Assembly (NCBI GenBank): GCA_964562985.1
Contig: CAZLWE010000005.1
Coordinates: 3,241-67,240, forward strand
Direction of reading: 5' to 3'
DNA from: an uncultured Acidimicrobiales bacterium
GTDB lineage: Bacteria > Actinomycetota > Acidimicrobiia > Acidimicrobiales > SHLQ01
Length of the DNA: 64,000 bases
In this document: piece after piece, positions 9,536-17,970 of the stretch
Layout: each line of letters starts with the position of its first letter
Position numbering within the stretch: the stretch's first letter is position 1
Made by a program: the position numbers and the translations under genes
Notes under the pieces: generated by a model
The model's database searches: none
The model's input: only the letters and a program-made list of their open reading frames with translations
Told to the model about the DNA's origin: nothing

Positions 9536-10051
9536 ATGATTACAAGTGGACGATTGCTGGTGGTCGGGGCATTGGCCCTGGGTGGCTATCTATTCGTAAA
9601 CGATGTGCAGGCAGACGACGTCGTCTTCGCCCTTGAAGACGCGACCCTCCAGGCACAAGACTTCGTCGACGACGTTGAATTCGAAGGCGCTGACGACGAG
9701 TTTCCGTCGATCATCCTCGATGATGGAAGCGGCAACGACAGGGTGACCATCGCTCGACAGGGCAGCGGAGGCTTCAACGAGTTTGGGCCAACGTCGGCCG
9801 TCGCCTTCGGCTTGGATACCGACACCGAGACCGATCTCACCGTCGAGGCACCAAGCGCAATTCCTCGCCCGTCGGCGCAGACCGGTACTGCAGCGGCTGT
9901 CGAAGAGTCGCCGGCGAGCGAATCGACCGTCGCTCCGGAGACCACCACAACCGCCGCACCCGAAACCACCACAACGACGGCAGCGCCAGCAACCACCGCG
10001 GCACCCGAAACCACCGTGGCGCCAGCGCCTGAGGAACCTGCGGGCGGGTAA
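9536..10051 (+). CDS. secreted/membrane-anchored acidic protein with a Pro/Thr/Ala repeat tail
   Basis: N-terminal hydrophobic segment; PETTTTAA-type repeats at the C-terminus. Confidence 0.7.
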   Translation: MITSGRLLVVGALALGGYLFVNDVQADDVVFALEDATLQAQDFVDDVEFEGADDEFPSIILDDGSGNDRVTIARQGSGGFNEFGPTSAVAFGLDTDTETDLTVEAPSAIPRPSAQTGTAAAVEESPASESTVAPETTTTAAPETTTTTAAPATTAAPETTVAPAPEEPAGG

Positions 10052-10074
10052 TCAATTCCCGCCGACTCGGCGAG

Positions 10075-10866
10075 CTACAGCCCAGGCAGCATGGAGACGA
10101 TCTCTGGCCCACCGGTGTTGGTACGCCCGGGTATGTTGAAGAACTCCACGCCGAACGCTTGAGCGAATGCCTCATCGGGCATGGTCAGAAAGAAGCTGTC
10201 AGGCCCAATCTGGCTGCGGTGCGCAATCATGGCCTCGCGCTTTGCCCCAACCGATCCACTGACATCGAGTTGATAGGAGATGTCGTGGTGCTCGGTGCCC
10301 ATCGTCTCCACATCGACATCGGGCTCCTCCATCTCCGGATTCTCCGTTGACATCTCCGCGATCATGGCCCGGATGTAGTCGCGATTCATCGTCGCCTCGA
10401 AGACATGGTCGAGGTCGGCTTGTTGGGCAGCAGCCATTCCGACGGTGTGGACTTGGATGTGATCCGGGTGACCATACCCACCGTGATCGTCGTAGATCGT
10501 CAGAACATCAGCCTCAACATCTTCCAAGATCGCGACGAGTCGATCGACCGCCTCATCATGGTCGGCTTGCCAGAACGACGCCGGATTGTCGTTGGTCGGT
10601 TCCCCCATCATCCCGGAATCCTCATAGTCGAGGAAACGAGGAGATTCAGCACCGAGGGCCTCAGCCGACACGGCGAGTTCCTTCACCCGTCGTTCCCATA
10701 GGGCTTCCCCGTCGTCGAGCACTCCTTCTTGTGGTTCGCCTTGCTCACCTCGGGTCGCACACACCAACACCACTCGATGACCTTTGGCCGATGCAGCGGC
10801 CATCAACCCGCCGGTCGAGATTGCTTCGTCATCGGGATGGGCATGAAAACAAACGAGGGTTGCCAT
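10075..10866 (-). CDS. PIG-L/LmbE family deacetylase (Mca/MshB-like)
   Basis: HAHPDDE, TRGEQGE, DSGMMG and YGHPDH zinc-amidase motifs. Confidence 0.9.
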   Translation of the reverse strand: MATLVCFHAHPDDEAISTGGLMAAASAKGHRVVLVCATRGEQGEPQEGVLDDGEALWERRVKELAVSAEALGAESPRFLDYEDSGMMGEPTNDNPASFWQADHDEAVDRLVAILEDVEADVLTIYDDHGGYGHPDHIQVHTVGMAAAQQADLDHVFEATMNRDYIRAMIAEMSTENPEMEEPDVDVETMGTEHHDISYQLDVSGSVGAKREAMIAHRSQIGPDSFFLTMPDEAFAQAFGVEFFNIPGRTNTGGPEIVSMLPGL

Positions 10867-10876
10867 AGTCGTCAGG

Positions 10877-12163
10877 CTAGGTGGATTGACCGGAACCTCG
10901 TGCCGCCGCGAGCGCAGTTACCAACCGGGCCTCCTGGTCGGGCACGGGCATGCCGTCGTAGTCGAGCATCGCGGCGAGTCGTGTTAACGCACTCGATTCG
11001 GCATCCAACTGGGCTTTTGCTTGCTTGGTCGATAGAGACCGGCGAACGTCTCGCCTCTTCGATCCATCGAGAAGCATCTGCGCACGGTCGAGCGGCACGC
11101 CGTATCGGGCGGCGATCGCCGGCGCGAGCATGTTGTAACGCTTTTGGTCTCGATTGCGAAGCACGATCACGCCAACGGCGGTGAGCAGGAACAATACGAC
11201 AAACGACAACAAGACGATGCCCGCCACAACCATTCCCGTTTCGCTCGCAGCAATCGAAATGGATCCATTCCAAGCAGCATGGAAAGCCATCGCGACGAGG
11301 AGCCCCCAAGTCGCCGTCCACAACGGCTTGCGCCTTCGAACAGCGATTCCGATCGCGAGTCCGGCCCATGCGGTGAACAGCGGGTGGGCGAACGGGGTCA
11401 CCAGCGCTCGGCCGATGAAGACCTCCGTCAACATGCTTTGTTCCTCGGCCATAAAGAAGAAGCTGACGTTTTCGATCATCGCAAAGCCGAGCGCTGACCA
11501 ACCGGCATAGACCAGCCCATCGATAAGACCGTCGACTTCGCGACGGCGAACCATCCATACGATGGCGAGCGTCTTGGTGAGCTCTTCGATGATTGGCGCA
11601 GACGCAACAGCCGCAACCGTCTCATTGGTGAGGGTCAAGACGGTCGTATTGACGACCAACGAAATGAATCCGGCGACGAAGGCTCCCCACAAAAACGTGT
11701 GGATCTTCGATGACCATGGCTCGGGTTCAAGGCGATCGAGCCATAGCAGCGGCGGAGCAACGATGAAGAACGTCGTGAGACCGAGCAAGGTCGGCACTGG
11801 ACGCTGGAGGAGTGCGACGATGAGTAGGCCAATGCTGGGGATAGCTGCCAGCACCACCGGGACGGACAGAAACGATGGCAAGCGCGGCTTGTTCGCCGGT
11901 GGCGTTAGCGCACTGGCCGGTGGCACGACAACCGGTCCCGTATCGATTCCTCCGACGCTCACCGCCGGTGGTGGTGGCTGTAGAACGGGCCGAGGTTGAT
12001 CGATATGTGCTGTCCACTGCTGACCGTCGAACCAGCGCCAATTTCCTTCGCGCCACGGATCCGCATACCACCCGGCTGGTTGGGAGGGCGGGGGCGGCGT
12101 TTTTGGCGGTGGTGGCTGCGGCAGCCCCGAGAAGTGTCCGGGTGGTGGTGCAGCGTTGGTCAC
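10877..12163 (-). CDS. PrsW-family intramembrane metalloprotease with an N-terminal DUF2510-like domain
   Basis: APIIEELTK, GFAMIEN, HPLFTA and HAAWN motifs; GWYADP...RWFDGQQWT domain. Confidence 0.88.
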   Translation of the reverse strand: MTNAAPPPGHFSGLPQPPPPKTPPPPSQPAGWYADPWREGNWRWFDGQQWTAHIDQPRPVLQPPPPAVSVGGIDTGPVVVPPASALTPPANKPRLPSFLSVPVVLAAIPSIGLLIVALLQRPVPTLLGLTTFFIVAPPLLWLDRLEPEPWSSKIHTFLWGAFVAGFISLVVNTTVLTLTNETVAAVASAPIIEELTKTLAIVWMVRRREVDGLIDGLVYAGWSALGFAMIENVSFFFMAEEQSMLTEVFIGRALVTPFAHPLFTAWAGLAIGIAVRRRKPLWTATWGLLVAMAFHAAWNGSISIAASETGMVVAGIVLLSFVVLFLLTAVGVIVLRNRDQKRYNMLAPAIAARYGVPLDRAQMLLDGSKRRDVRRSLSTKQAKAQLDAESSALTRLAAMLDYDGMPVPDQEARLVTALAAARGSGQST

Positions 12164-12225
12164 GTCGTCAGTCTTGGCGATGGTCCACGGCTGAGCAACC
12201 GTGGACGGAATCTATTTCGTATCAG

Positions 12226-12576
12226 TTACTCAAGGCCGAAGGACTCGAGTTGTACACCGCACGACTCCATCGACTGACGAATGGGTTCGAGCACCTCGCT
12301 GATATTGATTCCCGCTTCACCGGCTCCAAGGGCGATCAGTCCAGCTAGATCGCGGCTCGAGCTGTTGTCGACGAAGCACTCGGCTTCCTCAAAGGTCAAC
12401 GGTGAACCTACCGAGAGCGTGGCCGCGAGCTGGCCTCGTCCGTCCTCGGTCTCGAGGAGCACATCAATCTCGGCCTGAGCTTCGGCAATGACCGGGTTGT
12501 CAGACACGTCGTCGCCGCACGCGCTGAGCACCAGCCCAAGACCAAAGAGAAAGCCAACTAAACGACGCAAAATCAT
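12226..12576 (-). CDS. hypothetical lipoprotein
   Basis: Signal peptide with lipobox VLSAC. Confidence 0.7.
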   Translation of the reverse strand: MILRRLVGFLFGLGLVLSACGDDVSDNPVIAEAQAEIDVLLETEDGRGQLAATLSVGSPLTFEEAECFVDNSSSRDLAGLIALGAGEAGINISEVLEPIRQSMESCGVQLESFGLE

Positions 12577-12684
12577 AGTGATGACTTTGCCACAGCGACG
12601 CCTCGCTACCACACCAGCCTGCTACCTCCACCACTACGGTTGTGTGTGGGTGATGACTTGTTGGCGCTGGTGAACGACACCGCA

Positions 12685-13563
12685 CTATCTGGGTAGAGCC
12701 ACCAACCGGTCCACCGAATGCGTCTCGCCTTCACCCTCGATGGGGGATCCAGCCTCTTCGGTGACGCTTGCGCTGGTCCGCATGAACCCCGTTGCGGCAA
12801 CGGCAAGAAGTGCAAACTCGGTACCGAAGAAGGTGAGGCCAAGCCAGATCTCCAAGGAGGCGTGGAAGCTAAAGAGCACGAGGGCGTAGAACCCGCGTGT
12901 ACGTCGAAAGGTGAGGCCCAAGAGTGCGGTCGTTTCAGTGAAGAGCACGATGGATTGTCCAAGTGCGGCAACCCATGGTGTATCGACGATCCAATGAGCG
13001 ATTGGGTCGTTGACGTCGAAAGCGGTAAGCCATACGCGAAGCGCCGTCCCGTCCGCCCAAGCCAGCCCACTGGTCCTGAGCTTCTCGAGGCCTGCCAGGG
13101 TGTACCCCCAGCCCAACACCACGGCGACGGCGGTCCACACCCAGCGGGGAAGCGCAAGCTTTCCGGCTTGCAACCAAGTTCCCAAGCCGAGAACCAAGAG
13201 CACGGCGAATGGCTGGAACAGTTGATGGCGCGAGTAAAGCTCTTGTTCGACACGGAACGACCCCAGCACGAGCAGTGCAACAACGGTGACGCATGCGCCG
13301 ATGATTGCCAGGCGATCCAGGGCTATCCAGAGAACGACTCCAACGCCGAAGAACACGGTCGCGAGAACTATGACACTCGAGTGTGTCCATGTGTCTTCCG
13401 GAAGAACGAGGCCCAGCACGGAAAGGTAGTTCTCGCGGGGGTCGGTTCCCAGTTGCGTCGGCAAGCGAAGGATGGTCAGGATGCTCAGGACGCCGAGACC
13501 GGCTACCACCAGTCGCGTGAACCATGCGGGAACCGTCGAACGGTCTAGCGATCGAATCGCCAT
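12685..13563 (-). CDS. HTTM-domain (vitamin K-dependent carboxylase/SdpB-like) membrane protein
   Basis: YTLAGLEKL..SGLAWADGTAL, a TM Glu and FSFH..I.LG..F, all typical of HTTM domains. Confidence 0.7.
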   Translation of the reverse strand: MAIRSLDRSTVPAWFTRLVVAGLGVLSILTILRLPTQLGTDPRENYLSVLGLVLPEDTWTHSSVIVLATVFFGVGVVLWIALDRLAIIGACVTVVALLVLGSFRVEQELYSRHQLFQPFAVLLVLGLGTWLQAGKLALPRWVWTAVAVVLGWGYTLAGLEKLRTSGLAWADGTALRVWLTAFDVNDPIAHWIVDTPWVAALGQSIVLFTETTALLGLTFRRTRGFYALVLFSFHASLEIWLGLTFFGTEFALLAVAATGFMRTSASVTEEAGSPIEGEGETHSVDRLVALPR

Positions 13564-13952
13564 GAGCCTGTTTCTTCTCGACTGATCGAACCGTCGTCGA
13601 ACGCTTCGACCGTCGTCTGGGTCACCACGATCCACGGCAGATCGGTATCGGGGAGCCGCTCCTCGACACGTCTCGTAATGTCGGCTGGGTCAGCGGGCTG
13701 GCCTGCCGGGTTCGGGCCAGGTGAACGAAGCCCATACTTCGCATCTGGGTTGATGACGTAGTCGCTGTTCAGCTCGAACGCATGGGCGGACACAGGCCCG
13801 TCAGGGCCCTCCACCTGTAGCCAAGACATCGACGTGGTTCGATCAGAGAACATCGGATAGGTCGAAAACGGAAAAAGATCGGGGCGCGTCGCGATGTGGC
13901 CGACAAGGAACAAGGCGAGTGTTCCAAGAACGATCCACTCGCGACGGTTCAT
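13545..13952 (-). CDS. small membrane-anchored partner of the HTTM protein
   Basis: N-terminal TM followed by FPFSTYPMFS; overlaps the HTTM start by 19 nt. Confidence 0.65.
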   Translation of the reverse strand: MNRREWIVLGTLALFLVGHIATRPDLFPFSTYPMFSDRTTSMSWLQVEGPDGPVSAHAFELNSDYVINPDAKYGLRSPGPNPAGQPADPADITRRVEERLPDTDLPWIVVTQTTVEAFDDGSISREETGSWRFDR

Positions 13953-14186
13953 GGTTCCCATTCGGCAGGCGAGGTTGACCCGACATGGGCCCCTCGACTC
14001 AGTATCGGCGGTAGCTGTAACAGCAGTCCCCAAATACTCACGATTGTGAAGTGATCGAACTCGGATCCGCGACGTGCGGCAGCAAGACCATCGTCATCTT
14101 CGCCCGACGGTCTCGGATAACCGGTTTCGGCTTAAGAATCGCGAGATCCGACCGAAAGATCGGTAACGGAGCTGGAAGGAGCACCA

Positions 14187-14465
14187 GTGATTAAGCGACA
14201 GAAATCTAAAGGCGGCGCAACAAAGGTGACCTTCGCTCTTCCGATCGAAGATGCACCGGCAGACACTTCAGTAGTCGGCGACTTCAACGATTGGGATCCG
14301 TTGGCGAACCCGATGAAGAAGCGCAGCAACGGCACCCGCAGCGCATCCGTAGAGATCGACGAAGGCGAAGTTGTCAGCTTCCGGTATCTGGCCGACGGCG
14401 GCCATTGGTTCAGCGACGGCGACACCGACATCACCGACGAAGGCAACAGCCAACTCGCTGCCTAA
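14187..14465 (+). CDS. isoamylase early-set (CBM48-like) domain protein
   Basis: KVTFALP...VVGDFNDWDP...MKKRSNGT...FRYLADGGHW; GAAGGAG SD. Confidence 0.88.
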   Translation: MIKRQKSKGGATKVTFALPIEDAPADTSVVGDFNDWDPLANPMKKRSNGTRSASVEIDEGEVVSFRYLADGGHWFSDGDTDITDEGNSQLAA

Positions 14466-14546
14466 GGCTCGAGCCAAGAGCTACAACGGCTCATCGAAAC
14501 CACGCACCCCATAGCCCAGCTAATTCGTTCGACCGGGTCGTGATGA

Positions 14547-15725
14547 TTACAGCGATCCCTGTGGCAAAACGTCGTGTACTCCCGAGCGCTCGTGGTCTTC
14601 TCGGAGGCGGCGAAGGCGGCTGTGGAATTGATCGCGGTCGATCGTTCCGAGGCGCAAATGGCGGCGGCCTCCATCGAGCGAGATGGCGCCCCGACCATGG
14701 AGGACTCGCTGATTGTCGTACACGATTGCTTGACCGGGTTGGAGTTTCATCTGTATGGCACGACTCGGGTCGTTCACCATCTTGGTAAAGGTGATGAACG
14801 CTCGGTAGTAGCGACCGACGAGCGAGGGCTCGACGTCGAGCGGTGCCATCGAACGTTCGTGGAATCGGATGCCGCAGACCTCGTGGTCGCGATCCAGACT
14901 GATAATCGGTGCGTGCGCGACGAGGTGAACGTCTTCACCCTGGTCGACCGAGTCGGATCGATGACGAATGAACGGCACCGATATCTCGCTCAAGAGATCG
15001 AACGCGTCGGGGTCGTTCGTTCGAAGATCCTCGGCTATCGCAAACCCGTCGACCAGCAGTGAGTCGCCGCCCTCCGACGCCTCGATGCAGTGCAGGAACG
15101 AGCATCCACTTGGGGTGTAGCGATACGGATCATCGGTGTGCGGGTCCAGGGCAAGGCCTGATTGAGATAGCTCCCAGACCTCGGGCTCCACAACAATGTC
15201 GAACAACCGGCCGAAGTCGGTTTCGCGGACTCGCCCGACGAGCGCCGCCAGCGCTTCGGTGTCGCTAACCCCACCGGGAATCTGCTCGACCAACGCTGCA
15301 CCGTAGGTATTGACGGCCTCGAGCAACTCCAAATGATCGGCACTCCCCCGCGTCGGAAAGGCAAAGGTGGGCAGCGAGTCTCCAGCGCGGAATGATTCCG
15401 CTATGCGAAGCCTCGCGCGATCGTGGGCCTCATAGGAGTGACGCCGCAGCCACTCGAAGTCGAACACCGAGACATGACCGTCGGAGAACTCGATTTCTAG
15501 GTCGCCATCATCATTGGGAGCTGCATCCACGACCACCAGATCCGGGTCGAGATCAACCACTGAATATGTTCGGATCGCCGATCGTTTGTCGCCGCCGGTC
15601 GAGCAATTATCTCGAAGCCACAACGCATGAAACCGACTTCGAGCACCATCGGACCATCGCAGCTGGAGGCCATCGTTGGTTACTTCAACCGTTGACGCAG
15701 CGGTATCGAATTCCATGAGGCGCAT
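14547..15725 (-). CDS. TauD/TfdA-family Fe(II)/2-oxoglutarate dioxygenase, gamma-butyrobetaine hydroxylase-like
   Basis: N-terminal WLRDNC...WSDG..S.F domain; HTDDPY and DNQRVLHGR iron ligands. Confidence 0.88.
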   Translation of the reverse strand: MRLMEFDTAASTVEVTNDGLQLRWSDGARSRFHALWLRDNCSTGGDKRSAIRTYSVVDLDPDLVVVDAAPNDDGDLEIEFSDGHVSVFDFEWLRRHSYEAHDRARLRIAESFRAGDSLPTFAFPTRGSADHLELLEAVNTYGAALVEQIPGGVSDTEALAALVGRVRETDFGRLFDIVVEPEVWELSQSGLALDPHTDDPYRYTPSGCSFLHCIEASEGGDSLLVDGFAIAEDLRTNDPDAFDLLSEISVPFIRHRSDSVDQGEDVHLVAHAPIISLDRDHEVCGIRFHERSMAPLDVEPSLVGRYYRAFITFTKMVNDPSRAIQMKLQPGQAIVYDNQRVLHGRGAISLDGGRRHLRLGTIDRDQFHSRLRRLREDHERSGVHDVLPQGSL

Positions 15726-15754
15726 CGTAAACCCGATACGCCAGTATCAACCAA

Positions 15755-16615
15755 CTAGTCCTCTACGCTGCCCGAGCCATACAGTCCGAATGCCTCGACC
15801 TGATCATCGTCGAGGTGGTAGCTCTCGTCGTGATTTGGAAATGCTCCGGAGCGAACATCGTCGGCATAGCTAGAAAGCGCATCGATCGTTGCGGTCTTCA
15901 GGTCTGCGTAGCGGCGCACGAACTTCGGGACGAATCGATCTTCGATACCGAGTACGTCGTGGTACACGAGCACTTGTCCATCACAATGGGGCCCGGCGCC
16001 GATGCCGATCGTTGGGATATCGAGTGCCCCGGTGATGGCCTCTGCGACCTTTACGGGAATGCCCTCGAGCACGATGGCGAAACAGCCCGCATGCTGTAAC
16101 GCCTTCGCGTCTTCGATCAACTCCAAGGCGGCTTCGGCTTGGCGGCCCTGCACTTTGAAGCCACCCATCGCATGAACCGACTGCGGAGTGAGCCCGATAT
16201 GGCCCATGACGGGAATCTCCGCATCGATCAAGGATTCGATCATCGGTAAGCGCTTGCGGCCGCCTTCGAGCTTTACGCACTGGGCTCCTGCTCGTACGAG
16301 GGTGGCAGCGTTGCGGACCGTCTCCTCGACCGAGACGTGGTAGCTCATCCATGGCAGGTCGCCAATGATGAGACAGTCGGGATTCGCGCGAGCGACGGCG
16401 CGCGTGTGATGCGCGATGTCGTCGACCGTTACCTGCAACGTGTCGTCGTAACCGAGGACGACCATCGCAACCGAGTCGCCGACGAGGATCATGTCGATCC
16501 CCGCGTCGCTTGCGGCGCGAGCGCCGGGCGCGTCGTAGGCCGTCAACATGACGAGCGCATCTTCTCCCGCAGCACGCTTGCGCGCAGCGATCTTTGGAAC
16601 GGTGACCTTGGCCAT
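15755..16615 (-). CDS. panB: 3-methyl-2-oxobutanoate hydroxymethyltransferase
   Basis: MLTAYDA, ILVGDSVAM, VKLEGG, HIGLTPQS and DGQVLV motifs. Confidence 0.97.
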   Translation of the reverse strand: MAKVTVPKIAARKRAAGEDALVMLTAYDAPGARAASDAGIDMILVGDSVAMVVLGYDDTLQVTVDDIAHHTRAVARANPDCLIIGDLPWMSYHVSVEETVRNAATLVRAGAQCVKLEGGRKRLPMIESLIDAEIPVMGHIGLTPQSVHAMGGFKVQGRQAEAALELIEDAKALQHAGCFAIVLEGIPVKVAEAITGALDIPTIGIGAGPHCDGQVLVYHDVLGIEDRFVPKFVRRYADLKTATIDALSSYADDVRSGAFPNHDESYHLDDDQVEAFGLYGSGSVED

Positions 16616-16677
16616 CGCTTTCTCCTTACCGTCCAGTGCACAGGGGCTACCGGCAGCGTTCTATGAGTCTACCCCTA

Positions 16678-16704
16678 CAACGTCAGCCCCTAAAAATGAT
16701 TCCC
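16678..16704 (-). promoter_or_regulatory. SigH/SigR-type ECF promoter upstream of panB
   Basis: Minus strand reads GGGAAT-N17-GTTG, 63 bp upstream of the panB ATG. Confidence 0.5.
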
Positions 16705-16721
16705 GTGTGGGGGCGGGCCCA

Positions 16722-16730
16722 TGTGGACAA
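16722..16730 (-). promoter_or_regulatory. DnaA box (TTGTCCACA)
   Basis: Exact actinobacterial consensus in the panB-DUF5318 intergenic region. Confidence 0.45.
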
Positions 16731-16777
16731 GCATCAATCCGCAGAGCGCACACAGCCGTTTCGTCGGAACCCCGGGA

Positions 16778-17149
16778 CTACACCACCGGGTTCGTGCGCA
16801 TGAGATGATTCCATCCACACGACGTGCACACCTCTACGTCGTATCCGGTGAAATCTCCCGAATACGAACGAATGCGGTTCATATCCAAGTTCGTGACGAT
16901 GCAACGTCCCGACGCGGGAAGCCGAGGCCCGAAAACGTAGAGCACCTCGACCAGGTTTTGTTTCCCGCAGATTGGGCACAACGTCTCGACCGGCATACCA
17001 CACTCGCGTGCATTACGCATGAGTTCGCGCTGAGCATCGCAAACCTCCGAACGGGTCGCCTCACCGGTCTTGTACGCCCGGATGGTCCGCTCCCGAGCGA
17101 GCCGAAAGTCGATCGAGCCTCCGGCACCGTCGGCAAAAGCGTGCGCCAT
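16778..17149 (-). CDS. DUF5318-family protein
   Basis: IDFRLAR...EVCDAQREL..CPICG..YVFGPRLP...VEVCTSCGWNHL. Confidence 0.85.
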   Translation of the reverse strand: MAHAFADGAGGSIDFRLARERTIRAYKTGEATRSEVCDAQRELMRNARECGMPVETLCPICGKQNLVEVLYVFGPRLPASGRCIVTNLDMNRIRSYSGDFTGYDVEVCTSCGWNHLMRTNPVV

Positions 17150-17222
17150 GGCTAGCTCACCCTCCAAACCCAAATCGGTCGGCTCATGATTCACACCGTA
17201 CCGGCAAAGTACAGTCGCAGAG

Positions 17223-17885
17223 ATGCAGGAATGGACGCGATACACGACCGCTGGGGCAACCGGGGCGGGCCGACCGGACAACTTCGTGGAGCTAGGGCCG
17301 GACCACACCGATGGTCTCGATCGCCGACTGCTTGGTGAAGTCGAGGGTCAACGAGTTCTCGATCTTGGCTGCGGTGCTGGACGATCGTCGATCGCACTCG
17401 CTCGCCAGGGGGCTCGGGTTGTGGCGATCGATCCCGACCCGATCGAGGTTGATCGTGTTCGGATGGCAGCCGAAGTAGCCGAAGTACATGTGGAAGTTCA
17501 TCACGGCGACTTGGCAGAACTCGCCTTTCTTCCCGCGGACAGTTTCGACGCAATCGTCGCCGTGCACTCGCTCGCGTCGATCGACAATATCGGTCGGGTT
17601 TTTCGCCAAGCGCATCGACTGCTCCGCGCCGATCGCCCGCTCCTGATGACCCTCCCGCACCCGGCATCGCTCGTCCTCGACGAGGACGCATCGAGTGTGC
17701 TCCGTCCATATGGTTCTGACGAACCGATGGGCGCCGGTGAACATCTCACCTATCCCCACACGATCGGCAACACCTTTACGCAGCTCACTCGAGCGAATTT
17801 CCGAGTGGACACCCTCATCGAATCCACCGGCAACACCTCGATGCCAACGTCGGTGGTACTGCGAGCACGTAAAATCGGAACCTAG
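17223..17885 (+). CDS. class I SAM-dependent methyltransferase
   Basis: VLDLGCGAG motif I; AIDPD; SFDAIV motif. Confidence 0.88.
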   Translation: MQEWTRYTTAGATGAGRPDNFVELGPDHTDGLDRRLLGEVEGQRVLDLGCGAGRSSIALARQGARVVAIDPDPIEVDRVRMAAEVAEVHVEVHHGDLAELAFLPADSFDAIVAVHSLASIDNIGRVFRQAHRLLRADRPLLMTLPHPASLVLDEDASSVLRPYGSDEPMGAGEHLTYPHTIGNTFTQLTRANFRVDTLIESTGNTSMPTSVVLRARKIGT

Positions 17886-17948
17886 CTACGTTGAGCGTGT
17901 AACTGGCGACAGAAACAGGAAATGAACTACCCACTGGATTTCCCCAGC

Positions 17949-17970
17949 TGTGGATAACCCCTGTTGATTA
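17949..17970 (-). promoter_or_regulatory. DnaA box pair (perfect TTATCCACA plus degenerate TAATCAACA)
   Basis: TGTGGATAA at 17949-17957, then CCCC, then TGTTGATTA; lies in a convergent intergenic gap. Confidence 0.45.

Noticed and set aside
14040-14185. Several short hairpins upstream of the CBM48-like gene (possible riboswitch)
   Set aside because: Stems are only 4-5 bp and match no c-di-GMP, c-di-AMP or guanidine motif I can verify.
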